Part shown: positions 33,981 to 42,789 of the stretch, one piece after another
How positions within the stretch are numbered: position 1 is the stretch's first letter
How the letters are laid out: every line of letters starts with the position of its first letter
Origin: a virus
Lineage: Duplodnaviria; Caudoviricetes
Reading direction: 5' to 3' (one strand)
Length of the DNA stretch: 64,000 nucleotides
Virus record (IMG/VR): IMGVR_UViG_3300005336_000003
Location: 237-64,236 of that record
Program-made: the position numbers and the translations under genes
Notes under the pieces: generated by a model
Database searches by the model: none
Seen by the model: only the letters and a program-made list of their open reading frames with translations
What the model was told of the DNA's origin: nothing

Positions 33981-35843
33981 TTACGTCTTCGGCTGGGCCT
34001 TCAGAAACAGCTTGCACCAGTAGTCAGGATTGATCTCCCCTTCCACTAGTAGGCACTCTCCGCTCCTGTAGTTGTGGCAGATACCACAATGCTCTGCGAG
34101 CCCTCCAGGGCTGTAGTCTACGCTGCTCTTCGGGTGCTTGGGGGAAGCGACAGCCGCGCCACTGACGTCTGAGACTCCACCAGTGCCGCTTTCAACGCCA
34201 CCAGTCGCAGCCTTACCAAACGCATTCGGAGTAACGCCCCCATCATCTCCTGTCTCTGTTCCGGCGACAGCGTTCGCTCCTGGGCTTCCGGTAGAGGCCA
34301 GTGCGGCAGCAGCCCCAGGCCCCGTGAGTGCACCGAGCGGAACATATCCTGAAGTGGTTGCCAGCATGGGCTGCTCAGCGACTCCTCCTGCTGGGAGCCT
34401 TCCACGATCGCGCCGGACCTCGTCGATTGAGAACACTCCTGCCTTGACGTATCCAATGTCAATCTCCATCTGGGCTTTGGGGTCCTGCTCCCGGTCATCC
34501 AGGAAGACGAACTCCAGACCGGGCTCCTTGAGCTCGAACCTGATGATGAGGTCCATCAGGAACTTCCACCACCTTTGGAGAGGCAGAAGTCCTTCCTCTA
34601 GGGCCCTCGAGCGCGCCGTACCAGCAGTTGCCCGGTTCAGATGCTCGATGAAGGGCTCAGGGGATACTGAGAAGGCAAAGCAGACGATACGGGCTAGCCA
34701 CTCGTCGTACGAGTCCTTCAGGGGCGGAGCTTTTGTCTCCTGGTACTTGAATTCCCCAGGCATGAAGCGCGTCTTGCGGCGGTTTGCAAGGTTGCCTTCC
34801 ATCAGGCCATCGAACCAGGACTGGAAATCCTTGACGTTCTGTAGCGTCCAGGTCGTAGGCAGGCCGACGAATGCATCCGGGTTGCTGCCCGAGAGGTAAT
34901 ACTCTAGCTGGAAGATCGAGCGGCGGATCGCCGTATTGACGGTCACGACGATCTGCTCAACGGGGCTAAGCCCGTAGACACGGTTCGTCGTGCGATTGCG
35001 GGGCAGGTAGATCAGCTCCGACGCCGTGTAATCCGCCGCCGGGATACCATGCAGGATCTGCTGGTAAGCAGGATCTGCAGGTCCAGAAGGCCTACGACCA
35101 GAAGCATCCAGAAGGGGAAAGATGGTAGCACCATCCATGAGCTCCAGAGCATACAGGTCTCCACCGCGAGTCCTCCGCTTCCACAGGGTAGGCGCATCGA
35201 GGACAAACATGTCCTCGTTCAGCTGCCTCATCCACTGATCCCAGTTGTTCTCCTTGTCTGGGAACGAGAAGAAGTCCGTCACGTTGCGAATCCGCTGCCG
35301 GACGTCGGCAGGCAGCTTCAGCGTGTTGAGCTGGGATCTCGGGATCGCGGCCGGCCGAATAGCCGAGCTAGCATTGCCCATTCCAGCGCCGCCAGGACCT
35401 CCTGAAGGCCCTCCGGCAAGCTTCCCTGCAAAGATCGGCTGATCGGGATTGTCGAGAGTCCCGTCGTCAAGGTTGACCCCTTCGGTAGGCCGGATAGCCC
35501 AGTCGAGCGCAGCCAGCTGATCTTTCCGGGCCTCGATCACCCCTCTCAGGATGTCGCAGTTCAGGCTCAGGGATCGCAGATCGGCAAAGGAGATGGGAGA
35601 GTCTGCGCGGGGCGTATAGTTGAGGTTGCGCCCTGTCGGGTAATCATAGCGCCGGCCTTTGACTCCTGCCTCTTCGCTCTGATCCGCAAAGGGTGCAAGG
35701 GGCTGCAGCGGCCCAAACCACGTTGCAGGCGTAATCCCTGCGATGGCATAGCGGATAGCCTGCTGGCTCCTCATGACGAATGAGGGGATCACCGGCGATA
35801 CGGTACCGACAGCTCCGCGAGGGCCGACTGGCAAAGAAGGCAT
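33981..35843 (-). CDS. Portal protein with C-terminal HiPIP-like domain
   Basis: DG.TI, AYQQILHG.P, YGLSPVEQI, DEWLARIVCFAF, IDEVR..RG..P; C-terminal CxxC-x7-C-x12-C. Confidence 0.92.
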   Translation of the reverse strand: MPSLPVGPRGAVGTVSPVIPSFVMRSQQAIRYAIAGITPATWFGPLQPLAPFADQSEEAGVKGRRYDYPTGRNLNYTPRADSPISFADLRSLSLNCDILRGVIEARKDQLAALDWAIRPTEGVNLDDGTLDNPDQPIFAGKLAGGPSGGPGGAGMGNASSAIRPAAIPRSQLNTLKLPADVRQRIRNVTDFFSFPDKENNWDQWMRQLNEDMFVLDAPTLWKRRTRGGDLYALELMDGATIFPLLDASGRRPSGPADPAYQQILHGIPAADYTASELIYLPRNRTTNRVYGLSPVEQIVVTVNTAIRRSIFQLEYYLSGSNPDAFVGLPTTWTLQNVKDFQSWFDGLMEGNLANRRKTRFMPGEFKYQETKAPPLKDSYDEWLARIVCFAFSVSPEPFIEHLNRATAGTARSRALEEGLLPLQRWWKFLMDLIIRFELKEPGLEFVFLDDREQDPKAQMEIDIGYVKAGVFSIDEVRRDRGRLPAGGVAEQPMLATTSGYVPLGALTGPGAAAALASTGSPGANAVAGTETGDDGGVTPNAFGKAATGGVESGTGGVSDVSGAAVASPKHPKSSVDYSPGGLAEHCGICHNYRSGECLLVEGEINPDYWCKLFLKAQPKT

Positions 35844-35844
35844 T

Positions 35845-36057
35845 TTATCCCCTACCCATCTTCACGACTAGCCCGCCTCGAGGATCTGCAATGATCTCCT
35901 CATAGGCTTCGCTGAAGGCCTCGACCTCTTTCAAGGTCATATTCCGTCCGGAGATCAGAGACTCCCGGATTGCATGCCAGGCAATGATACCTACAGTGTT
36001 GCCCGCAAGGGCGGCATCCACCGTCTTTGCAACCTGCTCGCCATTCACGGTTATCAT
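35845..36057 (-). CDS. Hypothetical protein
   Basis: Fills the terL-portal gap with an ATGA overlap. Confidence 0.55.
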   Translation of the reverse strand: MITVNGEQVAKTVDAALAGNTVGIIAWHAIRESLISGRNMTLKEVEAFSEAYEEIIADPRGGLVVKMGRG

Positions 36058-37946
36058 TGCTTGGGGCCCCCAGATGCTCTGTTCAGAATCTCCTGTGCTT
36101 TCCGAGCCTCCTCGCGATAGTACGCAAGGAATCCCGCACCGTCGATCATGGGCTGTGCGAAGGCGTTGATTATCGCGTCCCCTTTGTCTGGGCTACGCCG
36201 AATACGCTCTTTGACCTTCTTCTTGTCCTCGACCGCGATGCCCGTGCTCTTGAGTGTCCAGCGTGTTGCTGCCAGATCTGCTGCGGCTTCGGCGTCAGGA
36301 GGTAACGCAATCTCCAGGCCAAGCTGCGGATCAAGAGCTTCTCGGAAGGTCCAGAACCACTCACTACGAGCATTGGCGAACCCCAATACGCCCGATCTGT
36401 CCGTTGCAACCGACGAATTCGCGCCGTTCATGGCTACGACTTCGATCCCGCGTAGCCTTCCCACGTCGACAGGCGAGGATCCGACACCAACCACGTCGAT
36501 CTTGCACCGCAGGTGCTGCAGTTTCAGCTCAACCAGCTTGTCGATCACAGCCGTTCCATCAGGAGTCTGCACTCCTGGAACGCACTGAAGAGCAGCAAAC
36601 CAAGCGCCGATGCGCTCGGAATACACGGTCTTATCGCGCCCACCGCGCGAAACATCCACGCCAACCTCATGGGAATGGGGGATTTCGTGAGACAATCCCT
36701 GGATGATGCTGAGGTTATCAGCGTTGAGCTTGCGCTGGTCAGGCGTCAACAGGGAGCTGGTATCCACTCCGGCAAAGGGGATTCCCTTGATCCCCAGCCA
36801 TAGCGGGGAGCCAGACTCATGACGCGAAGCGTTGGAAAGGGTTCCGCTGGTTTCCCCGCCTGCTCTATCCGTCACTCCGGCAGCCTTCATGGCCGCTTCT
36901 TCCTTGCGACGGTCGGCAAGCTTCTGTAGATACTCTGCGTATGTCGGTGCCCAGCGAGCCTGAGCTAGCAGGATCCAGGCTGTCGGGATCACCTGCCACT
37001 CATTATCCTCCTCGCCCACGCCAAAATCGCCCTGAAGCATGCGCGAACGCAGCGGCTCCGGCAGAGATTGCAGGACACTGAGGTACCCGGACTGCATCAG
37101 GTACGCATTATCCTGCACCCTTGCGCGGATAAAGGTCCTGCTGCGGGGCTGGACTGCGGATTCCAGGCCGTTGATCTTCATGTAAACGGGCTCGGGCCCG
37201 CTTACTTCACGGTCATTTCCTTCCTCATCCGTGATGAACCAACGCAATTCGCCAGGTTTTGCTGGATTTGCGTGGTGAGGATCCAGCCAAGGAGCCCAAT
37301 AGTCGATTACCCAGGTACCTTCTGGCGTGGTTGGCGGGTTTCCTGCACAGATGACCCGGGTCTTGTAGAACTGGCCCGTCTTAGGATCGATCTTGGTGGT
37401 GCGGTTCCAGCCCTTCAGGAACATGAACTGGCTGCGGGAAAAGTGCGTGATCTCGTCAAAGGCCTTCAGATCGTGCGGACGGCCCTGATACTTCTGCTCA
37501 TCCCCCTCGTACTGGCACGCGCCGAACTCGATCCGGCGGCCATCTTCAATCCGCCAGAGCATGTCTGCGCCATTGTACTTGCCCAGATCCCCGTAGATCT
37601 CCTGGCTCCGATCGCGGATACCCTTGAGCTGCTGGAACTCCCGGCGGAAAATGATGCTCCGCCAGTGACTATCCAAAGCAGTACCCAGCAGGAGGTCGGT
37701 TTTCCCGCCTCCAGCAGCGCCACCATAAAACAGCTCGTCCGCTTCGCAGTAGTAGGCTTCAGTCTGCGGCCCAGGGAGTGGACTCCATACTGGAATGTCC
37801 ACTCCCGATAGGATGCTATCCAGCTCGGCGAGCTCTTGCTCGGTCAAGTAGGGTAGCAATGCGTCGAGTTCTGTCGTCAGGGGCGAGAGCTCCGCTCCTT
37901 GTGGAGTCTGGAGCATTGGGTTGGGCACCTCCTGTGTTGGCGGCAT
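36054..37946 (-). CDS. terL: Terminase large subunit
   Basis: P.PGPQ, YGGAAGGGKT, FDEITHF, NPP, GVDVSRGG.D and RSPDKGDA motifs. Confidence 0.95.
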   Translation of the reverse strand: MPPTQEVPNPMLQTPQGAELSPLTTELDALLPYLTEQELAELDSILSGVDIPVWSPLPGPQTEAYYCEADELFYGGAAGGGKTDLLLGTALDSHWRSIIFRREFQQLKGIRDRSQEIYGDLGKYNGADMLWRIEDGRRIEFGACQYEGDEQKYQGRPHDLKAFDEITHFSRSQFMFLKGWNRTTKIDPKTGQFYKTRVICAGNPPTTPEGTWVIDYWAPWLDPHHANPAKPGELRWFITDEEGNDREVSGPEPVYMKINGLESAVQPRSRTFIRARVQDNAYLMQSGYLSVLQSLPEPLRSRMLQGDFGVGEEDNEWQVIPTAWILLAQARWAPTYAEYLQKLADRRKEEAAMKAAGVTDRAGGETSGTLSNASRHESGSPLWLGIKGIPFAGVDTSSLLTPDQRKLNADNLSIIQGLSHEIPHSHEVGVDVSRGGRDKTVYSERIGAWFAALQCVPGVQTPDGTAVIDKLVELKLQHLRCKIDVVGVGSSPVDVGRLRGIEVVAMNGANSSVATDRSGVLGFANARSEWFWTFREALDPQLGLEIALPPDAEAAADLAATRWTLKSTGIAVEDKKKVKERIRRSPDKGDAIINAFAQPMIDGAGFLAYYREEARKAQEILNRASGGPKQ

Positions 37947-39279
37947 TACCGCTGGTGTTGACTTGAGGGCTGCCGGCTGCTCCCGACCTGACGGCCTTGC
38001 CTGTCAGGAACGACGCGCTGGAACTACCGGATTCCGCCCCTGTGCTGGAGGACCTCCGAGAACGCGCCGCAGGACCGCTGCCAGATCCGCCGAGGATGGC
38101 TAAGTCACTGGGGGCAGCAGCCGGCATTCCGAGTGAGACCCTCTGCATGTGCGTGAGGGTCTTCATAAGATCGATCGCCACCTTCGGGGTCATATTCTCC
38201 CAGAACAGAGAGTCCCCGTCAGCGTTGACGGACGTAGGCATCCGGAGCTTGTCGCCATTGATGTAGGCGGTCAGCTTGTCCCAGATCTTGTTGGCCTCGA
38301 CCAGGTGGGTATTCTCGAGCAGGATCGCCTGCATATCCCGCGACCGCTTGATCGAGTCCACGTAGAACAGGTCGTGCGCAAGGGCGCGCCATGCCCAATG
38401 GTACAGGTAGAACCAATCCACCAACTCGGAGTGGGAGGCGCCATTGATGACGGATACACTACCTGACCGCATAGGATCGGCACTGGCAGACTGTATGAAG
38501 CCTGAGCCATCCAACGATCCCGTGGTCTCCGTCATCCCGTCGGGATTGGTGGTTGCGGAGCCGTGGAAGAACTCCTTGGTGGGGCCGCCAAGCCCCTGGC
38601 TAGAGCGCTCCTGCAGACGGACCGAATTTGTCCGCTCCGAGCGAGCTTTGGCAATGCGCTGCTGGACACCCGTACGCTCTGCCAGGACAAACAGTTGCCG
38701 GCTGCCTGAGGTACCCTGCTCGATATACGCCTGGAATGCCACATAGGCATCCAGAGGCTCATAGGATAGCCTCTGCCAGAAGGGATGACCCTCATCCAGC
38801 ATCGGGTACCCCTCGTCATAGTTCAGAGGGACGTACGCCTGCCGAAGGACGCGCTCATCCAGCACCAGTACGGGGACTCGATAGTCCTCCGACAGCTCTG
38901 GGGTACCCTTGAGATTCACCTTCTCGGACGGCGTTGGGGACCCTGCACTCGGAGCTGCAGGAGCGTCTGGTGCTGCAGGGGACCTCTGCTGGTTCTGAAC
39001 AACCTGTCGAGCTGCGAAGTTGCCATGGGTTGCGGCATCCGCAGCGCTTCCCGCCAGGCGATGCACCTCATCCAAGGTGATAGGGGCTAGACGCCCCTTT
39101 ACAACCAGCTCGGGATCCAGCAGGTCTGCGCGGTGATAGCCCTCCGGAAGACCCAAGCCATTGAGAGGGACTCGCTGGGAGGCATCACGTATGATCTGCG
39201 CACGGGTAGGGAGATCGCTCCCTCCTCCAGCGTCAGGGCCGTTTGGACCGCTCGGGGTACTGGTGGATCCTATGTCCAT
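37816..39279 (-). CDS. Putative terminase small subunit with long disordered extensions
   Basis: First late gene; W.RL..E...AY.AF..Y and W..RA.A.D motifs like those of terS-position proteins; overlaps terL. Confidence 0.55.
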   Translation of the reverse strand: MDIGSTSTPSGPNGPDAGGGSDLPTRAQIIRDASQRVPLNGLGLPEGYHRADLLDPELVVKGRLAPITLDEVHRLAGSAADAATHGNFAARQVVQNQQRSPAAPDAPAAPSAGSPTPSEKVNLKGTPELSEDYRVPVLVLDERVLRQAYVPLNYDEGYPMLDEGHPFWQRLSYEPLDAYVAFQAYIEQGTSGSRQLFVLAERTGVQQRIAKARSERTNSVRLQERSSQGLGGPTKEFFHGSATTNPDGMTETTGSLDGSGFIQSASADPMRSGSVSVINGASHSELVDWFYLYHWAWRALAHDLFYVDSIKRSRDMQAILLENTHLVEANKIWDKLTAYINGDKLRMPTSVNADGDSLFWENMTPKVAIDLMKTLTHMQRVSLGMPAAAPSDLAILGGSGSGPAARSRRSSSTGAESGSSSASFLTGKAVRSGAAGSPQVNTSGNAANTGGAQPNAPDSTRSGALAPDDRTRRIATLLDRARARRAG

Positions 39280-39331
39280 ACATCCATGCGATTGTTTGGT
39301 AGGTAGGTCCCTGTAGCCCTAGTATGTTGAT

Positions 39332-39361
39332 ATTATACGCGTGTTGCCTCATGTAAATCAA
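39332..39361 (-). promoter_or_regulatory. Late-operon promoter TTGATT-N18-TATAAT lacking the 16-bp box
   Basis: Minus strand reads TTGATT (39361-39356), 18 nt, TATAAT (39337-39332). Confidence 0.75.
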
Positions 39362-39515
39362 GGAAGAAATGTAGTACGGAAGATTAAATCTTGTTAATGC
39401 ATAAGGACATGTGCCTCAGGTTTGAACTGGGATTTTACCTTTTGGTAATGAACGCCAGGCGCTGCCGAACTAGAACGAATTAGTTGGTTTTTTAACACAT
39501 TATTACATGAATAAA

Positions 39516-39543
39516 TGTTAATAATTTAACTGAATTATTAACA
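39516..39543. repeat. Perfect 11-bp inverted repeat in the AT-rich divergent intergenic region
   Basis: TGTTAATAATT-TAACTG-AATTATTAACA. Confidence 0.75.
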
Positions 39544-39641
39544 AACTTTACTGATTTGTCCATCTTTATGTAATATAAAGGGGGGTATAATATAACTGTA
39601 ATAAAGAAGAACCTTTATTACCCAACATAAGGAACACCAAC

Positions 39642-39851
39642 ATGAACACCATTTACGATCAGGTCGAACTCGAGGTCAACACCACCATCCACTCCCGTCC
39701 CGTGGGGTCCTACGATCACCTTCCTACCAAAAGTGCAAAAATCCGTGCCATGAGGTCCGATGGGTTCAAAACCACCCAGATCAGCAAGATCCTGGGGATC
39801 CGGTACCAGCACGTCCGGAATGTCCTCAATACCCCCCTGAAATCCCACTAA
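39642..39851 (+). CDS. Small HTH DNA-binding protein
   Basis: LPTKSAKIRAM...G....QISKILGIRYQHVRNVL; TAAGGA RBS; TATAAT at 39586. Confidence 0.8.
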   Translation: MNTIYDQVELEVNTTIHSRPVGSYDHLPTKSAKIRAMRSDGFKTTQISKILGIRYQHVRNVLNTPLKSH

Positions 39852-39856
39852 TCCGA

Positions 39857-39882
39857 TTGGGGATCCCGAAAGGGATCCCCAA
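39857..39882 (+). terminator. GNRA-capped hairpin
   Basis: TTGGGGATCCC-GAAA-GGGATCCCCAA; no U-tract. Confidence 0.55.
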
Positions 39883-39911
39883 CCAACCATCCCAATAAGG
39901 AGACCCCCGTC

Positions 39912-40058
39912 ATGTTAGCAGGTGCTTGGGTAATAGTCGGACTGATCGTTTGGGTCCTAATCTGCAGGTCCTTAATCTCGTGGCATACAGACCGGACACG
40001 TAGGTCGGTCGTTTCCGAGGCCAGACTGTCCGCAGTGTCCAACCAGTATAGGAACTGA
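39912..40058 (+). CDS. Small membrane protein (48 aa, not in ORF track)
   Basis: MLAGAWVIVGLIVWVLICR...; TAAGGAG RBS. Confidence 0.6.
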   Translation: MLAGAWVIVGLIVWVLICRSLISWHTDRTRRSVVSEARLSAVSNQYRN

Positions 40059-40063
40059 TCCCT

Positions 40064-40204
40064 ATGGCACAGACTATCCTAGACATGTTCCCCGATTCGG
40101 TCAACCAGTTCGGCCTACTGGGGTGCGGAGCGTTCATACTCCCCTGGGCCATGGCGGCAGCCTATATAGGGTCATACATCAGCTGGTTCGTCAGATCCCG
40201 GTAG
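40064..40204 (+). CDS. Small membrane protein (46 aa, not in ORF track)
   Basis: MAQTILDMFPDSVNQFGLLGCGAFILPWAMAAAYIGSYISWFVRSR; AGGA RBS. Confidence 0.5.
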   Translation: MAQTILDMFPDSVNQFGLLGCGAFILPWAMAAAYIGSYISWFVRSR

Positions 40205-40218
40205 GGCTATAGGGACGG

Positions 40219-40239
40219 GGGGCGGAAAACGCCCCTTTT
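40219..40239 (+). terminator. Rho-independent terminator
   Basis: GGGGCG-GAAAA-CGCCCC-TTTT; a second GC stem with a T9 run follows near 40252-40277. Confidence 0.7.
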
Positions 40240-40385
40240 CCTTGGCCCTATAGGGCCCGGGCGGCCTGTTTTTTTTTGCAGCGCAAAAGGGGAGGTCCCG
40301 GTCGCAACTATCCGCCCAGTAAGGCCCTACCTGACTTGTCGGTCAAGAGCAGCCTGAATCACGGTCATTTTGGCCCGGGGTAAAA

Positions 40386-40440
40386 TGAGTGTCGCCCAGC
40401 ATTTTGCCACTAGCTGGCCCATCAATGGGTGCTATATAAT
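40386..40440 (+). promoter_or_regulatory. Boxed promoter 1
   Basis: TGAGTGTCGCCCAGCA, 9 nt, TAGCTG, 18 nt, TATAAT. Confidence 0.65.
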
Positions 40441-40521
40441 TATGTCAGTTGTTGCAGCGGAGCTGCTGCATCAACGACCCCGAGCCGGATCATCGGCACG
40501 GAAACAAGGAGACCGAGTACC

Positions 40522-41064
40522 ATGGCACGCAATCCCGAGTCCACCACCACCACCACCTCCGCACCTGAGCACGATCCGGTGGTGAATGCCGACAAGCCCA
40601 TCAACGAGAATCCGGTTGCCGAGGGCGGCGCCGAGAACAACGCCGAGCAGAAGCAGGACATCCTCGTCGAGGAGAAGGCGAAACCGGAAACCGTCGGCAA
40701 GGGTTTCACCTTCCCGCCCTCCAACGACTACAACAAGATGCTCGACGGCCTGCCCAACAAGAGCGCACGGATCCGGCGGATGCACGCCGATGGGTACAAG
40801 ACCACCCAGATCGCAAAGCACCTGAACATCCTGTATCAGCACGCGCGGAACGTGCTCACACAGGTGGTCAAGCGCCCTACCGAAGCGGCGATGCCGCAGG
40901 GTGAGCCGAACAACGTGGTTCAGATCACCAACGGCAAGCTGGCCGAGATCGCCGAATCCCAGGGGCTTTCCCCTGAGGAGCTGGCGGATGCGGTCCGTCA
41001 GGTCACCGGCATGGAGCTGAACATCGTGGTCGACGAGCCGGCGGAGCAGAAGGCCGCAGCCTAA
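40522..41064 (+). CDS. HTH DNA-binding protein, paralog of 39642-39851
   Basis: LPNKSARIRRM...G....QIAKHLNILYQHARNVL; AAGGAG RBS; strong codon bias. Confidence 0.8.
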   Translation: MARNPESTTTTTSAPEHDPVVNADKPINENPVAEGGAENNAEQKQDILVEEKAKPETVGKGFTFPPSNDYNKMLDGLPNKSARIRRMHADGYKTTQIAKHLNILYQHARNVLTQVVKRPTEAAMPQGEPNNVVQITNGKLAEIAESQGLSPEELADAVRQVTGMELNIVVDEPAEQKAAA

Positions 41065-41079
41065 CGGCGGTACGAGCGG

Positions 41080-41280
41080 GGGAGGGCGAAAGCCCTCCCT
41101 CCTTCCCTAAGGGCTAGCTCGGTCTAGCCCTTTGAGAAGGAGGTGGTACAGACAGATGAGGCTCCCTAGCGGGAGCCAGAACTAGCGCTAAGGCGCTTGG
41201 ACGAGCGAAGGGGCGGTCCTTCGCGGCTCGGATCACAGACCTGAAGGTCGGGGTTGTACTCGGCCGTATGGGACCGACGT
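41080..41280 (+). ncRNA. Tandem hairpin array (terminator plus candidate structured RNA)
   Basis: Consecutive stems GGGAGGGC/GCCCTCCC, AAGGGCTAG/CTAGCCCTT, GGCTCCC/GGGAGCC, AGCGC/GCGCT, GCGAAGG/CCTTCGC and GACCT/AGGTC. Confidence 0.4.
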
Positions 41281-41303
41281 GTTGGGAGGGCGATCGAAAC
41301 CTT

Positions 41304-41752
41304 GGGCAAATTATGGTCATCTAGAGGACGTTATAGATAAGTCCTTTGGGTGATCTCTGTGTCAACTTGAGGCTAACTACTGGAACTCCAAAAGGCAACA
41401 TTAGTTAACTCGTTGAAATCATTAGGTTTTTTGTGGTGCAGTAGTTAGTTAGTTTTTTCTACTAGTATATAAATCTAGTAAATCAAGTATATCCTGTCAC
41501 TATACCATAACCTGTACGTCCCTCCGGACCAATTTGACCTGCCAATGACCTAACCTGAACAGCATTAGGCAATACCTGCAATTGCCTAAAAGTCTCCAGT
41601 GATCTACTTTTTACCTTAATATAACTAACTACATAACTACTACTTCCTTAATGATTTCAATGAGTTAGCTTAGTTATACCTAAGTAGTTATAGTAGTTGC
41701 CTTTTTTGAGGATCCTAGATAAGACCATAGGGTGATCTGGCATGATTTGCCC
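41304..41752. repeat. AT-rich region with nested inverted repeats and a direct repeat (origin-like)
   Basis: IR pairs 41390-41399/41696-41705, 41404-41424/41649-41669, 41441-41451/41622-41632; DR 41334-41356/41716-41738. Confidence 0.7.
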
Positions 41753-41797
41753 CCATTGTGCTACCGTGAGCCTCAGTTGAGCGGCCGAACAGCATTC

Positions 41798-41852
41798 TTA
41801 GGGGCGACCATCACTTAGACAGTTGATACCAGCTGGATCACCAGAGTATAAT
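41798..41852 (+). promoter_or_regulatory. Boxed promoter 2
   Basis: TTAGGGGCGACCATCA, 9 nt, TTGATA, 18 nt, TATAAT. Confidence 0.8.
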
Positions 41853-41885
41853 AGGGATCCGCAGCCAATAAAGGGAGCACCCATA

Positions 41886-42353
41886 ATGGTGACACGGACG
41901 CCTGAGACACCAACAACAGCCATACCTAGGATGCCTGAGACACCAACGTCCGAGACACCAACGCTTCTGGATGGTAAGGGCTTCTACTTCTACGTGGCGA
42001 CGAGGGCGAGCATGAGAGGTTGCCAGTATAACATGTCCACTATGTTGGCGGCCTTGTGTGAGGCACTACATAGGATCCCGGAAGAGTACAGACCCAGACT
42101 GTACCGTAAGCGGAAGGGAGGTGACTACTATGACCTCCTGTGCATCCGTCAGGACTATGGCAGTACCAAGGAGGAGCTAGGCGAGAACGAGCTCCGAGCA
42201 ATGCGGAAGCTCCTCGAGAGTGCTGTACGACGTGTCCACCCTAAGGCGGCCTACCAGTTTGGGTTCGACAACCTAAGTAGCCAGGTAAGACCCTCCTTAG
42301 CGTACCTGCTAACAAGGACTGATCCCACTACGGAGGTGACGTGGATTACCTAG
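41886..42353 (+). CDS. Hypothetical early protein
   Basis: GGGAG RBS downstream of the promoter; N-terminal PETPT repeats. Confidence 0.6.
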   Translation: MVTRTPETPTTAIPRMPETPTSETPTLLDGKGFYFYVATRASMRGCQYNMSTMLAALCEALHRIPEEYRPRLYRKRKGGDYYDLLCIRQDYGSTKEELGENELRAMRKLLESAVRRVHPKAAYQFGFDNLSSQVRPSLAYLLTRTDPTTEVTWIT

Positions 42354-42422
42354 GTTAAGCCTCGTCCGCGCAAGCGACAAAGTCGCTAGTTCTAGCCCCC
42401 GCTAGTGCGCGGTTAGGTAAAA

Positions 42423-42477
42423 TAGTGGTAGCCCATCATTTGGACGCTTGCGGGCCTCGAGTGTAATACTGTATAAT
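42423..42477 (+). promoter_or_regulatory. Boxed promoter 3
   Basis: TAGTGGTAGCCCATCA, 9 nt, TTGCGG, 18 nt, TATAAT. Confidence 0.75.
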
Positions 42478-42561
42478 AGAAAGAAAATACCGACTCACGC
42501 AGACGAAACAGTTCAACTAGCACGTGCCTACACCAAACAGCAGATAACAGGAGAGTCAACT

Positions 42562-42789
42562 ATGGCCACACCTTACAATCCTGACGTCCACAGCAGCGTC
42601 GTCAGCAACTTCCGGCAGATGTGGAGTCAGTACGTTCCGGACAGGCAGCTCGTGCTCTCGGACGAGAAGATCTGGGCCATCTTCGATACCTGGGGAACAT
42701 GGCAAGCTGCCGACACCGAGTTTCCCGAGGTCGAGAACCGCTACGATGCAGCTGTCCTGGCAGAAATGGTGGACAGCAACATAGGGTGA
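42562..42789 (+). CDS. Hypothetical early protein
   Basis: AGGAG RBS; ATG at 42562. Confidence 0.65.
   Translation: MATPYNPDVHSSVVSNFRQMWSQYVPDRQLVLSDEKIWAIFDTWGTWQAADTEFPEVENRYDAAVLAEMVDSNIG

Noticed and set aside
36670-36950. Intein in TerL
   Set aside because: No intein block motifs or His-Asn C-terminal junction; treated as a plain insertion.
39384-39543. CtrA boxes (TTAA-N7-TTAA)
   Set aside because: The spacings I found here are N6 or N8 (N6 also at 44054), not N7.
41151-41182. Hammerhead-like CAGATGAG-stem-CAGAA
   Set aside because: The core deviates from CUGANGA...GAAA at essential positions, and I found no stems I/III or NUH site.
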